Assembly (NCBI GenBank): GCA_036785375.1
Contig: JAWMAR010000471.1
Location: 372,001 to 436,000 of the forward strand
Source: Leucoraja ocellata
Lineage: Eukaryota
Reading direction: 5' to 3'
Length of the DNA: 64,000 bases
Numbering within the stretch: the stretch's first letter is position 1; the number at the start of each line of letters is the position of its first letter. Positions 26,585 to 36,965 of the stretch are shown here, piece by piece. A program made the position numbers and the translations under genes. The notes below the pieces were generated by a model. The model saw nothing but the letters and a program-made list of their open reading frames with translations. It ran no database searches and was not told the origin of the DNA.

Positions 26585-26810
26585 TGCTCTTGTCCCACTT
26601 AGGAAACCTGAACGGAAACCACTGGAGACCTTGCGCCCCACCCAAGGTTTCCGTGCGGTTCCCGGAGGTTGCAGGTGGTTGCCGGAGGTTGTAGGTAGTG
26701 GACGCAGGTAGGAAGACCGACAAAAACTTCCGGGAACCGCGCGGAAACCTTGGGTGGGGCGCAAATTCTCCAGATGTTTCTGTATAGGTTTCCTAAGTGG
26801 GACAGGGGCA
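26585..26810. mobile_element. MITE with long terminal inverted repeats (PIF/Harbinger-like); second copy at 49161-49395
   Basis: TGCyCyTGTCCCACTTAGGAAACCT...AGGTTTCCTAAGTGGGACAGGGGCA, arms about 85-95 bp, flanked by TAA on both sides. Confidence 0.75.
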
Positions 26811-28144
26811 TAACTGCCACACGGCTCCCTGACGTGGGTGGACACCGGAGTCTCCGAATGAAACGCACGCGGTCCCACATGAAGTGCAAGGTCCATACAG
26901 TTGACAATGGAGGCCACGAGTGAATTTAACAACTAAATTTAAAGTAGCTCTTTCTTCCCAATAACCCGTTCTGGCTTAAGTCCTCCCTCCACCACATTCA
27001 GTTTAAATTATATTTGGAATATGTTGGAGGACCAAAACACCAAGAACCAAGTGAACACGGGTTGTTGGCTCTCTTATGAAACTGATCGATTGCTGCGCTG
27101 GCCAGTGTCACTGGACAATAATCAGTTACGTTTAATAATCTGATACGTACAACGAGTTTCTCGCCGCGGGGCTCACTCTGCAACATACAGCAGGACGTAA
27201 CACGTTTGGTCCTGCATATTGTGTTAAACAAATACCGTGCATATCGTGTTAAACATACACCTACATCATATCCCAAAATATCATGTCAGCCCGATCCCTC
27301 AATAAACGGTGCATCCAAGTTCATAAGTTACAAGAGCAGAGGTAGACTGATCGGCCGATTCAATCAAGTTTGATCTACCTGCCTCTCTTAACCACATTCC
27401 CTTGCTTTCTCCCCATAACCCCTGACACACGTACTATTCAATAATCTGTCTATGTCCACATTAGAAAAAAGCCATTGACCGCCTCCACAGACATTTGTGA
27501 CAATGCATTCCATAGATTCATCACCCTCCGACGAAATAAATCCCCCCTCATCTCATTTCTAAAGGAAAGTCTCTTTAATGTGAGGCTATGGCTATGGGTA
27601 TAAATTTTACAAGCGACATAATGATAATGTTTTCAATAATTATGGATCACTCTGAGATATATTATGACTGGACCAAAGTCCAGATTAGCTCCAAAATCAG
27701 TATCAATCGGGATGCAATGATACCACGACAAGATATGTGAGCGGGGTTTTGACACCGTCGTGCCCATATCTTAAAGAGAGGAGCAGTCATCAGGCTTCAG
27801 GAAGTGTCACCCCACCGTGGCAATGCCACAATCGCCACTCACTCCTCCTGCAGGGAAGTGGGAGTGTCAGTGTCCGTGGGCAAGGCCACATCTCGAATGC
27901 CCCACGCACCACTGCGCTTGAGAATTACGGAGGCGGGACCCCGACCAACCGGCGTACAATGCAGCGGAAACGAAAGAGAATGACTCCGAATTAGACACAC
28001 AAGCTTAGCCGCGCAACGCACAGGGACCCATCCACAAATTATCAACTCAACACCAGACCATCTTAATTATCGCCATGTCCTGAGTTGTCTCAGACCAGAT
28101 TTGAGCGATAATCCCGGTTTTATCTGCAGCAAAAGTTGCCAAAC

Positions 28145-28678
28145 ATGTTGCCAAATCAACAATCGGTTCCGGGCAACCGAGCGAAGGATATCCTTTTTGC
28201 TTTGTCGCTGTATCTCTCCTTGTCTGGTGAGTTTCAGTTGAAAGACACTGGCGCCCTTTACATTTGTTATCATTCCACTCGAATCTCTTCCGGAATAATC
28301 AGCGGTTTCAGGGTTTAAGCATCGTTCTGCACCTCCCTCTGACGACGCAATGAACTATCCCGTCTCTCCGTTTAATTTGCAGGTACGTTCAGTCAGCAAG
28401 TTCTACAGAGCCCGCCTGCGGTAAGTCGGATGGAGTGCCAATCTGTTAGTATCACCTGTCGCTTCACTAATGACGCTGCCGCCGGGTACAAATTGGAGCG
28501 CTGGCTTGTCTTCAGGAAAGCCGAATCCGACGCAAACCGGGAGTTGGTGTTACCCGGCGGGCGATTTGTCGCGGCCACAAGTGCGACGGAAAACCCATTT
28601 ACTCTCAAAATTCTGCTTTTGAGAATTGAAGACAGCGCCAACTATTACTGCAAGGCCCAGTACAGGGACTGGAGCACA
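28145..28678 (+). CDS. NAR-TCR V gene segment, IgNAR-like V domain (leader 28145-28226, V exon 28383-28678)
   Basis: 82-nt leader ...ILFALSLYLSLS+G|gtgagt splices to ttgcag|GT; QQVLQSPPAVSRMECQSVSITC...FRKAESDANRELVLPGGRFV...FTLKILLLRIEDSANYYCKA follows the VNAR pattern RKxxxxxNxExxxxGGRY/F with the short C'/C'' region; extra Cys in FR1. Confidence 0.9.
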
Positions 28679-28716
28679 CACTGTGGCGAATCTGCCGCGT
28701 TTGGTTCACAAAAACC
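28679..28716 (+). other. Long-spacer RSS of the NAR-TCR V
   Basis: CACTGTG-22-ACAAAAACC (alternatively CACACTG at 28677 with a 24-nt spacer); perfect nonamer. Confidence 0.88.
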
Positions 28717-29036
28717 CCAACTGCTTGAGAGGAAATGAATGGACTTGACTTGGAAATTAATTCACCGCAAAAGTCCATGCCTCGCGTTTATCCCTCCAAT
28801 TGTTTCTTCGTATAGCGCTTCCTATAAAGGCCGCTGCAGTTCAAATGTTGCGTTTGCCAAGGAGGATTGCTTTGCGCGGGATTCGACATCGAAGGGGATT
28901 CAACACCGAACAACAGCTGTTGAACAGGAACTAAGCATATCATTTCCCTACTTCCGACAAGAGCAGGACGTTGCTCTTGAGAATGGGACCGGGATTCCTG
29001 GTCTACGCCGTTCAACCCATGTCGGCCGAGCTGCAA

Positions 29037-29064
29037 GGATTTTGTGCTGATTGCAAGCAGTGTG
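29037..29064 (-). other. 12-RSS of the NAR-TCR J
   Basis: + strand GGATTTTGT-12-CAGTGTG immediately 5' of J. Confidence 0.9.
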
Positions 29065-29130
29065 TGTCTGCCTGGGGAGAGAAAGCCGAGTATGTGGATG
29101 GAACCGGGACGGAGGTGACTGTGACATCTG
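29065..29130 (+). CDS. NAR-TCR J segment (66 nt)
   Basis: SAWGEKAEYVDGTGTEVTVTS+G|gtaagt: xGxGT-x-V-T-V J motif, phase-1 donor, 12-RSS. Confidence 0.9.
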
Positions 29131-29631
29131 GTAAGTCCGGCCGAAAATCGCCCATTCGCAGTTAATCACACGTTCACAGAAACCATTGCATTTGGTAAGT
29201 TTGACAAAGAGTCTGCAATGGAAACCGCTGACAGGAGGTTCGCCTTGTTTCACTGTCCGAAAATGAACGCATTCAGGATACTGTAAAATACGCAAATATG
29301 GATGAATGAAGAGGCATTCTAGAGGTTGGCATTTTGCAAGAATTGCATGTTTATTTGTTTAAATTGGACCACAAATTGCTCAAATATTTATGAATCCCTA
29401 CGATGAAAAGTTGTGATTATGCACTCGACAAATCATTTGGGCAGCTTACAACCCAGCGGTATGAACGTTGATTTTATTTTTCTACTTTCAAGTAACTCCT
29501 GAATCTCTTCCCCCACCCTCTCATTGTCCAACCCCCACCCTAGTCGTTCTACTAGTTCCATTATTCATATCGTTGTATCCCTGTTGTTAGCACACCCCCA
29601 GCCAACAATGGGCCAATATGTATTCTATTCT

Positions 29632-29852
29632 GTTCAAGAAGGAACTGCAGATGCTGGAAGATCGAAGGTACGCAAAATTGCTGGAGAAACTCAGCGGGTG
29701 CAGCAGCATCTATGGAGCGAAGAAAATAGGCGACGTTTCGGGCCGAAACCCTTGGTCCGGGCCCGAAACGTCGGCCCGAAACGTCGCCTATTTTCTTCGC
29801 TCCATAGATGCTGTTGCACCCGCTGAGTTTCTCCAGAAATTTTGTGTACCTT
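29632..29852. mobile_element. Fold-back non-autonomous element (Penelope-end-like) in the J-to-supporting-V intron
   Basis: 82-bp inverted arms 29665-29746 and 29771-29852; 13-bp direct repeat TGTATTCTATTCT at 29619-29631 and 29853-29865. Confidence 0.75.
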
Positions 29853-30839
29853 TGTATTCTATTCTTCCTGAGGTCATCTGTTGTCTGTACCTCTTGTCTG
29901 ATGGGAAAGGGGAGAAACATAGAAAATAGGTGCAGAAGGAGGGCATTCGGCCCTTCGAGCCAGCACCGCCATTCATTGTAATCATGGCTGATCGTCCCCA
30001 ATCAATAACCCGTGCCTGCCTTCTCCCCATATCCCTTGATTCCTCTAGCCCCTAGAGCTCTATCTAGCTCTCTCTTAATTCCATCCGGTGACTTGGCCTC
30101 CACTGCCCTCTATGGACAAAAACTGCAAATACTGGAAATCTGAAAGGGAATTGCAGGACAATCTTCGCAGGTCATCTGTGGAAAGAGGAAACAGTCAGCG
30201 TTTCTAGTCATCAAACCTTCTTCAGAATTGGGAAATGAGGAAGATACAAGTGACTGTTCCGCAACAGTTTCTGTTTGTTACAAAGATAATGACTGCAATT
30301 TAGAAGTTAACTAAAACTACCTAAAATGTCAAATTAACATGCAATGCAGTAATAGAATCAGTCAGATTCACGCCAACAGGCGCTTCGGCCCATATTGTCC
30401 CTGCAGACTAAATTTCCCGTTGTCCTTAAATTGTAGAAGAACTGTGCGGTTTCCAAGTCAGGTTCAACTTCCAACATCCAACATTGAATGGCGTGCAGGC
30501 TCGAAGGGCCGAATGGCCTACTCCTGCAGCTATTTTCTATGTTTAAGCTCCTAATGTCCAAGCGGACAACGGTTGAGAACTCGATGCACTGCTACCCTAA
30601 AAATAGGCCTGTCGTCAGATCGTTCCCGCTGCTAACTTGTACAATTGATTTATATTGTCTCTCGTCAGGGAGGCAAAGCACGCGCTCAAATATTTGTTTA
30701 ACGCTGAAAACATAGACAGGTTAGTGCAGGAGTAGCCATTCGGCCCTTCGAGCCTGCACCGTTGTTCCTGTTTGTTGAAGCAGAAATAATCCCAAGCGAC
30801 GTTTTTCTTCGAAGGTATTTAAGTGATGTATGACCTGGA

Positions 30840-31410
30840 GTGACCTGGAGTATTGCGTACAGTTTTGGTCTCCAAATCAGAGGAAGGACATTATTGCCAT
30901 AGAGGGAGTGCAGAGAAGGTTCACCAGACCGATTCCTGGGATGTCAGGACTGTCTTATGAAGAAAGACTGGATAGACTTGGTTTATACTCTCTAGAATTT
31001 AGGAGATTGAGAGGGGATCTTATAGAAACTTACAAAATTCTTAATGGGTTGGACAGGCTGGATGCAGAAAGATTGCTCCCGATGTTGGGGAAGTCCAGGA
31101 CAAGGGGTCACAGCTTAAAGATAAGGGGGAAATCCTTTAAAACCGAGATGAGAAGAACTTTTTTCACACAGAGAGTGGTGAATCTCTGGAACTCTCTGCC
31201 GGAGAGGGTAGTCGAGGCCAGTTCATTGGCTATATTTAAGAGGGAGTTAGATGTGGCCCTTGTGGCTAAGGGGATCAGGGGTTATGGAGAGAAGGCAGGT
31301 ACGGGATACTGAGTTGGATGATCAGCCATGATCATATTGAATGGCGGTGCAGGCTCGAAGAGCCGAATGGCCTACTTCTGCACCCAATTTCTATGTTTCT
31401 ATGTTTCTAT
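30840..31410 (+). mobile_element. CR1 LINE 3' fragment
   Basis: LEYCVQFWSP...RRLRGDLIETYKI...FFTQRVVNLWNSLP ORF2 C-terminus with TTTCTATG tail. Confidence 0.9.
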
Positions 31411-31470
31411 GTGACCGAGAAATGTCTCCTCTGTACAAGAAAATGATTTCCTTGCACTCCCTTTCTGCAG

Positions 31471-31782
31471 CTCTGGAAAGGAAATCCAGCGTGCATCAGA
31501 ACCCGCGTGTGCAGTTCGCCGATGCCGGACGCCGCGTTACCTTAAAGTGTGTATATTCAGGTTATTGTCACTTTGCTGTATCCTGGTACCGACACTCACC
31601 AGGGCAAGCACCGATGTATCTGCTCAGCACACTCACATCGGGTGCGGAAGGTGAAGACGAGGATCCCGGGGACCGGTTTGTTGCTTTGCACGAACCGTCT
31701 GAGAACATGGTTTTGCTCGAGATCCCCAAACCACAAATCAGCGACACTGCTGTATATCACTGCGCACTACAGCCTCGCCTCA
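31471..31782 (+). CDS. Leaderless supporting TCR-delta V segment of the NAR-TCR cassette, intact
   Basis: tttctgcag|CT acceptor in phase with the NAR J donor; ALERKSSVHQNP...VTLKCVYSGYCHFAVSWYRHSPG...SDTAVYHCALQPRL; extra CDR1 Cys; no leader exon found between J and this exon. Confidence 0.9.
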
Positions 31783-31821
31783 CACAGTCGTACACAGCAG
31801 AGGCGCAGCCGTACAAAAACA
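31783..31821 (+). other. 23-RSS of the supporting V
   Basis: CACAGTC-23-ACAAAAACA. Confidence 0.92.
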
Positions 31822-31874
31822 TCAGTTTCTCTTTTGTAAACACACGAAATGCCAATGAAAGAAGGCGTAGAGTT

Positions 31875-32440
31875 CCACAGTCAGAAGATGGTGATTGATT
31901 TCAGGAGGGCTGGCAAACACCAACACACACCGATGCACATTGATGGTGCTGCTGTGGAGAGGGCCAGCAGCGTGACATTCTGGGGAGTTCACCTAGCGGC
32001 CGACCTGACCTCAACGACCAATACCACAGCAGTCATCAAAAGAGCACAGCAGCGGCTCCAACCCCTCCGGAGACTCAGAAAAGCAGGTCTCCCCACTGTT
32101 CACCTACTACTCACTGTTCTACGGGGGCACCATTCAGAGTATAGTGACCCCACGGCAACACTTCCTAGTTTGGGAGCTGCAAGGCTTACGAACAAAGACA
32201 GCTAAACAGGATAGTGAAGACAGCCAGTAGGATCATTGGTGCCCCACTCCCTTTCCTGTTGGAGATCTGTCAGAAGCACTGCATCCACAGAGCCATCTCC
32301 ATCATTAAGGACCCTTACCACCCATCACACCACATCTTCTCCATTCCGCCATCTGGGAAGAGGTACAGGGGCTGCAGAACAAGTAGGATGCTACACAGCT
32401 TCTTCCCACAGGCAATGAAAATGGTTAACCGGACTGTGTC
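31875..32440 (+). mobile_element. Rex1-like LINE 3' fragment, decayed
   Basis: KMVIDFRR...VERASSVTFWGVHL...IKRAQQRL..LRRLRK; KDPYHPSH. Confidence 0.8.
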
Positions 32441-34959
32441 CCTCCCCATATACATACACCCCCACATCTAACCTCGTCCATACTTTGACAGGTAGACACC
32501 TGTCAAAGTAAAGTCACTTTTCGGTTTGAATGTCTGTTTTTAGTTCAATTTTAGGTCTATTTTAGATATGAAATTTTTTTATTATTTTTTTAATTTTAAT
32601 GTTATTTTTATTAGAAGTACGGTAAATTACAATACTACACAACACATATATCTTAATACATTTTTTGTACCGCTTCATTTTTTTGAGCTTTAAGAAAAAG
32701 ATAGAAGTAAAGAATGTAAAGAAAGTGCACAAGAGTCGTGAAGTGCAAGAGTGTTGGGAAAAGAAAGCCCCTTAGAAAAGAAGTTAGAGAAGGAAGTAAA
32801 GTGAGAAAGTAGACCCTAGAAAAGAAAGAAAAGGAAAATAGGAACAATCGCTCTATTATAACATTAAATTTCGCAGAAAGGGGACTATCAACCAAGTCTG
32901 TTTTTGTTGTTTTACCTCCCGTTACCAGGTCCTGATACCATTTATTTATTTATTTATTTAAAAAAATTACTATTGCACCTCACACTTGTATTAGGTCCAG
33001 AAACATAGACCACGTCTTTTGTAATTGGTCTGCTTTACCTGCTAAGAGGAATCTCATCTCTTCCAGATGTAATGTTTCAGATATGATAATTTTTAAGTTG
33101 TATGTATTTATTCTGTTTTTATTAATTGCACTGACAAAAACTGATGAGAAACAATTGTTCGTTTCTTCTGTGCATGTAAGTACTCGGTGAAATGCCAATA
33201 CAGTTAATACTGAATACTGAATACTGAATAGCTACAAGATACGGCACGTCGGCCCATCGAGCCCGACCTGGCCATAAACCACCCAGTTATAATAATTCCC
33301 AGGTTAATCCCATTTTGTTGTTCCCATATTCCCATCGACTTGGATTATTCAACATACGCACTTGGAGCAATTAACCAACGGCCAATCTGCCTACAAACAT
33401 GCCCGTCTTTAGCACGAGGGAGGAAACCAGAACACCCGGAGGAAACCCACACGGTCACAGTGGGCTGCATTCAAAGCCAGAACCGAGATTAGGATGGAGC
33501 CTGTTCCATTTATTTTCATTATGAGGAACAAACGTGGTATGACGATATTAAATATACAACATTATGAGAGACATAGATAGTGTAGCGAGTCGGAAACCTT
33601 TTCCCCAGGGCGGAATTAGAAAGTGGAGCGGACATACTTTTGAGGTGAGGGGGGCAGAGTTTAAAGCAGTTATCGAGGCTACCTCTTAAAACAATGAGTG
33701 GTGGGTGCCTTGAATGTACTGCTAGTGATGGTGGTGGAGGCAGATAGGCCAAGTGGATATGGAAGAAAGTGGGGTGGGGGTGGGGAGGGGGGGGGGGGGG
33801 GGGGGTAGTGGTGGAGGGGGGGGGGGGTTAATGGTGGAAGTACACAGCGATGTTCGGTGCGGACATTATTGGCCGAAGGGTCTGTTTCAGGTGCCCACTG
33901 AATCTGACGTTGGTTCAAAGGTATCGAAGGTATTTCATTAGTCACATTCACATACACCGAGGTGTAGTGAACTGAAATGCTTTTTGCCATTTTGCAGCAC
34001 ACAAAAATGGTTCCCCTTCACGCTGTTAGTTATTCGATAACGGAGAACAGGGGGGGGGGGGGGGGTTCCCCGATAGAAGCAGAGGGAATTCCCCATCTGC
34101 TTGTACCAAAGGGGACCTGCCTGTCAAAGATGATGCTTTTTCTCACGACCTGACCCACAACTCTATTATAACCCTCAGCATTACTAATATAGACTTCAAC
34201 ATTGTAATTGATTTGGCGTTGCTCTATCCAAACCGCCCGTGTTACTTTCTACTTTACACCTACAACCATACTGTTTATAACTCTAGGAGCCTGTGCGAGG
34301 CTGAACGGCATGTTTCATTGAGGTCCTTATTAAAGCACCTGTTAGCACATTATAACTGGCGCTTCACTAACTCTTACGGGTGGGTGTGTTCAGTTGTTTG
34401 AAAGCGTCACCCGCTTTCACAACTCGGTGCACCAGATTGATAGCAGTCCTCAGCGCCTACCAAAAACCGCGCATGAAATCCTTCCCTCTTTACGAACCGT
34501 CCAATAGCTTGAACAGAGGACACCTCTCGTTCCTCCTAAAGTTATTTCTGTGCACAAAGCAGCCTCCATACTGACTTGCCGTACACTCACACCCCCAACT
34601 GAACATTTGATGAACTAATTCCAATGCATAAGGAAACATGACCGCAGGATGACAGTTGAATCGAAACAAAAAGAAAACCAGAATTTAATATGTGAGCTCT
34701 TGTGGTGAGCAGCTGAAGCAACGGTTCCCTCTCGTTGGGTGTACAGTTGTGATTGGATGTCGTAGTCGTATCAGTTAAAACATAGAAAAGTACAGAACAG
34801 AAACAGGCCCCTGGATCCGTATTGTCTTTGCTGAACCTGAACCAAGATATACCAACCGTGTCTGCCTAAGCATGGTACAGTCCACCTCCGTCTCTGCCAA
34901 TCTAACCCCCCCCCCCCCTCCCCCTTAAATGTCACGTTCAACCCTGGCAGCGCGTTTAG

Positions 34960-35327
34960 CGGTTGGACAGGCTAGATGCAGGAAGATTATTCCCGATGTC
35001 GGGGAAATCCAGAACTAGGGGGTCACAGTTTAAGGATAAGAGGGAAGTCTTTTAGGATCGAGATGAGAAAATCATTTTTTACACAGAGAGTGGTGAATCT
35101 GTGAAATTCTCTGCCACAGAAGGTAGTTGAGGCCAGTTCATTGGCGATATTTAAGAGGGAGTTAGATGTAGCCCTTGTGGCGAAAGGGATGAGGGGGTAT
35201 GGAGAAAGGGCAGGGATGGGATACTGAGTTGGATGATCAGCCATGATCATATCGAATGGCGGTGCAGGCTCGAAGGGCCGAATGGCCTACTCATGCACCT
35301 ATTTTCTATGTTTCTATGTTTCTATGT
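34960..35327 (+). mobile_element. CR1 LINE 3' fragment (other short copies at about 35640-35870, 37626-37895, 40065-40480, 42305-42815, 51170-51490, 51807-52050, 54563-54805, 60135-60385, 63340-63530, 63670-64000)
   Basis: Recurrent CR1 ORF2 C-terminus and 3' UTR with TTTCTATG or TATGGTTA tails. Confidence 0.8.
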
Positions 35328-36169
35328 CATGCACCTACCACCCTCGGCCTGAATTACCTGCCCCGTGCATCCCCTTTTAGCATTGTGCCTTTAAACTTAA
35401 TGGCCTCTTGTCATTCACATTTCAACCTTGGCAAAAATATATGTATGACTCGTAATGTTATAAACTTCCATCAGCACGAGAGGTTATCTTATAGACGTGT
35501 ATACACTAATGAGAGGAATAGTTCCGGTAGACGCACACAGTCTCCTGCACAGAGTAGGGGTATCGAGAACCAGAGGACTAAGGTTTAAGGTGAATTGGGA
35601 AAATTAATAGGAATCTGAGGGGTATCATTTTAGAAGCAGAAACATAGAAAATAGGCGCAGGAGTAGGCCATTCGGCCCTTCGAGCCTGCACCGCCATTCA
35701 ATGTGATCACGGCCGATCATCCAACTCAGTATCCTGTACCTGCCTCCTCTCCATACCCCCGATCCCTTTAGCCACAAGGGCCACATCTAACTCCCTCTTA
35801 AATATAGCCAATGAACTGGCCTCAACTACCTTCTGTGGCAGAGAATTCCACAGATTCACCACTCTCTGTATGGACTTTTTTCCTCATCATCTAGCGAGTA
35901 CAAGACGATTCTATCCAGTCGTTCTTCTTATGAAAGTATTGACATCCCAGGAATCAGTCTGGTGAACCTTCTCTGTATGGCCAGAATGTATTTTCACACA
36001 AAGGGTGGTGGGTGTATAGAACGAAATGCCGGAGGTAGTTGAGGCAGGGACTATCGCGATTAAGAAACAATTAGACAGGTACATGGATAGGACAGGTGTA
36101 AAGCGATGTGGGAGGAAAGCAGGCAGGTGAGACTGACATGGATGGGACATGTTTCTCGGCCTAGCAAGT

Positions 36170-36345
36170 TGTCAGAGTAAGGCTAAACCCAAATTGGAGG
36201 AACGGCATCTCATATTTCGCTTGGGCAGCTTACAGCCCAGTGGTATGAATATTGATTTCTCTCACTTCAGGTAGCCACGGCATCCCCTCTCTCTCTATAC
36301 CTCCACCACCCAAGTCGCACTAGCTTCTCATTTGATCCCTACAAA
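36170..36345 (+). mobile_element. Penelope-like element 3' fragment, interrupted by a CR1 and resuming at about 36966-37165
   Basis: KLEERHLIFRLGSLQPSGMNIDFS (GIY-YIG C-terminus-like); CTGAAGAAGGG...CCCGAAACGTC terminal motif at 37077-37104. Confidence 0.65.
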
Positions 36346-36349
36346 GAGC

Positions 36350-36965
36350 CATATAACCATATAACCATATAACAATTTACAGCACGGAAACAGGCCATCT
36401 CGACCCTTCTAGTCCGTGCCGAACACATATTCTCCCCTAGTCCCATATACCTGCGCTCAGACCATAACCTTCCATTCCCTTCCCGTCCATATAACTATCC
36501 AATTTTTTTTTAAATGATAAAAACGAACCTGCCTCCACCACCTTCACTGGAAGCTCATTCCACACAGCCACCACTCTCTGAGTAAAGAAGTTCTCCCTCA
36601 TGTTACCCCTAAACGTCAGTTCCTTAATTCTCAAGTCATGTCCCCTTGTTTGAATCTTCCCTACTCTCAGTGAGAAAAGCTTTTCCACGTCAACTCTGTC
36701 TATCCCTCTCATCATTTTAAAAACCTCTATCAAGTCCCCCCTTAACCTTCTGCGCTCCAAAGAATAAAGCCCTAACTTGTTCAACCTTTCTCTGTAACTT
36801 AGTTGCTGAAACCCAGGCAACATTCTAGTAAATCTCCTCTGTACTCTCTCTATTTTGTTGACATCCTTCCTATAATTAGGCGACCAAAATTGTACACCAT
36901 ACTCCAGAATTGGCCTCACCAATGCCTTGTACAATTTTAACATTACATCCCAACTTCTATACTCA
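36350..36965 (-). mobile_element. CR1 LINE 3' fragment
   Basis: 168-aa ORF2 C-terminus MLKLYKALVRPILEYGVQFWSP...; (TATGGTTA)n tail. Confidence 0.9.

Noticed and set aside
28890-28932. GGGGATT followed by CACCGAA...ACAGGAACT as a NAR-TCR D segment
   Set aside because: No upstream heptamer ending in GTG, a poor downstream heptamer and a 13-nt spacer; at best a dead relic
31341-31470. In-frame ATGs upstream of the supporting V as an unspliced leader
   Set aside because: The sequence is a CR1 3' tail plus polypyrimidine tract with no hydrophobic signal peptide; the canonical acceptor at 31470 explains the exon
34300-34595. Scattered IgH-V-like words (AATAGCTTGAACAGAGGACACC resembling NSLxTEDT; TATTTCTGTGCA = YFCA) suggesting a decayed VH in the TCR locus
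   Set aside because: The motifs are in different frames with wrong spacing, and there is no convincing FR1/FR2 or nonamer; cannot be supported without an alignment search
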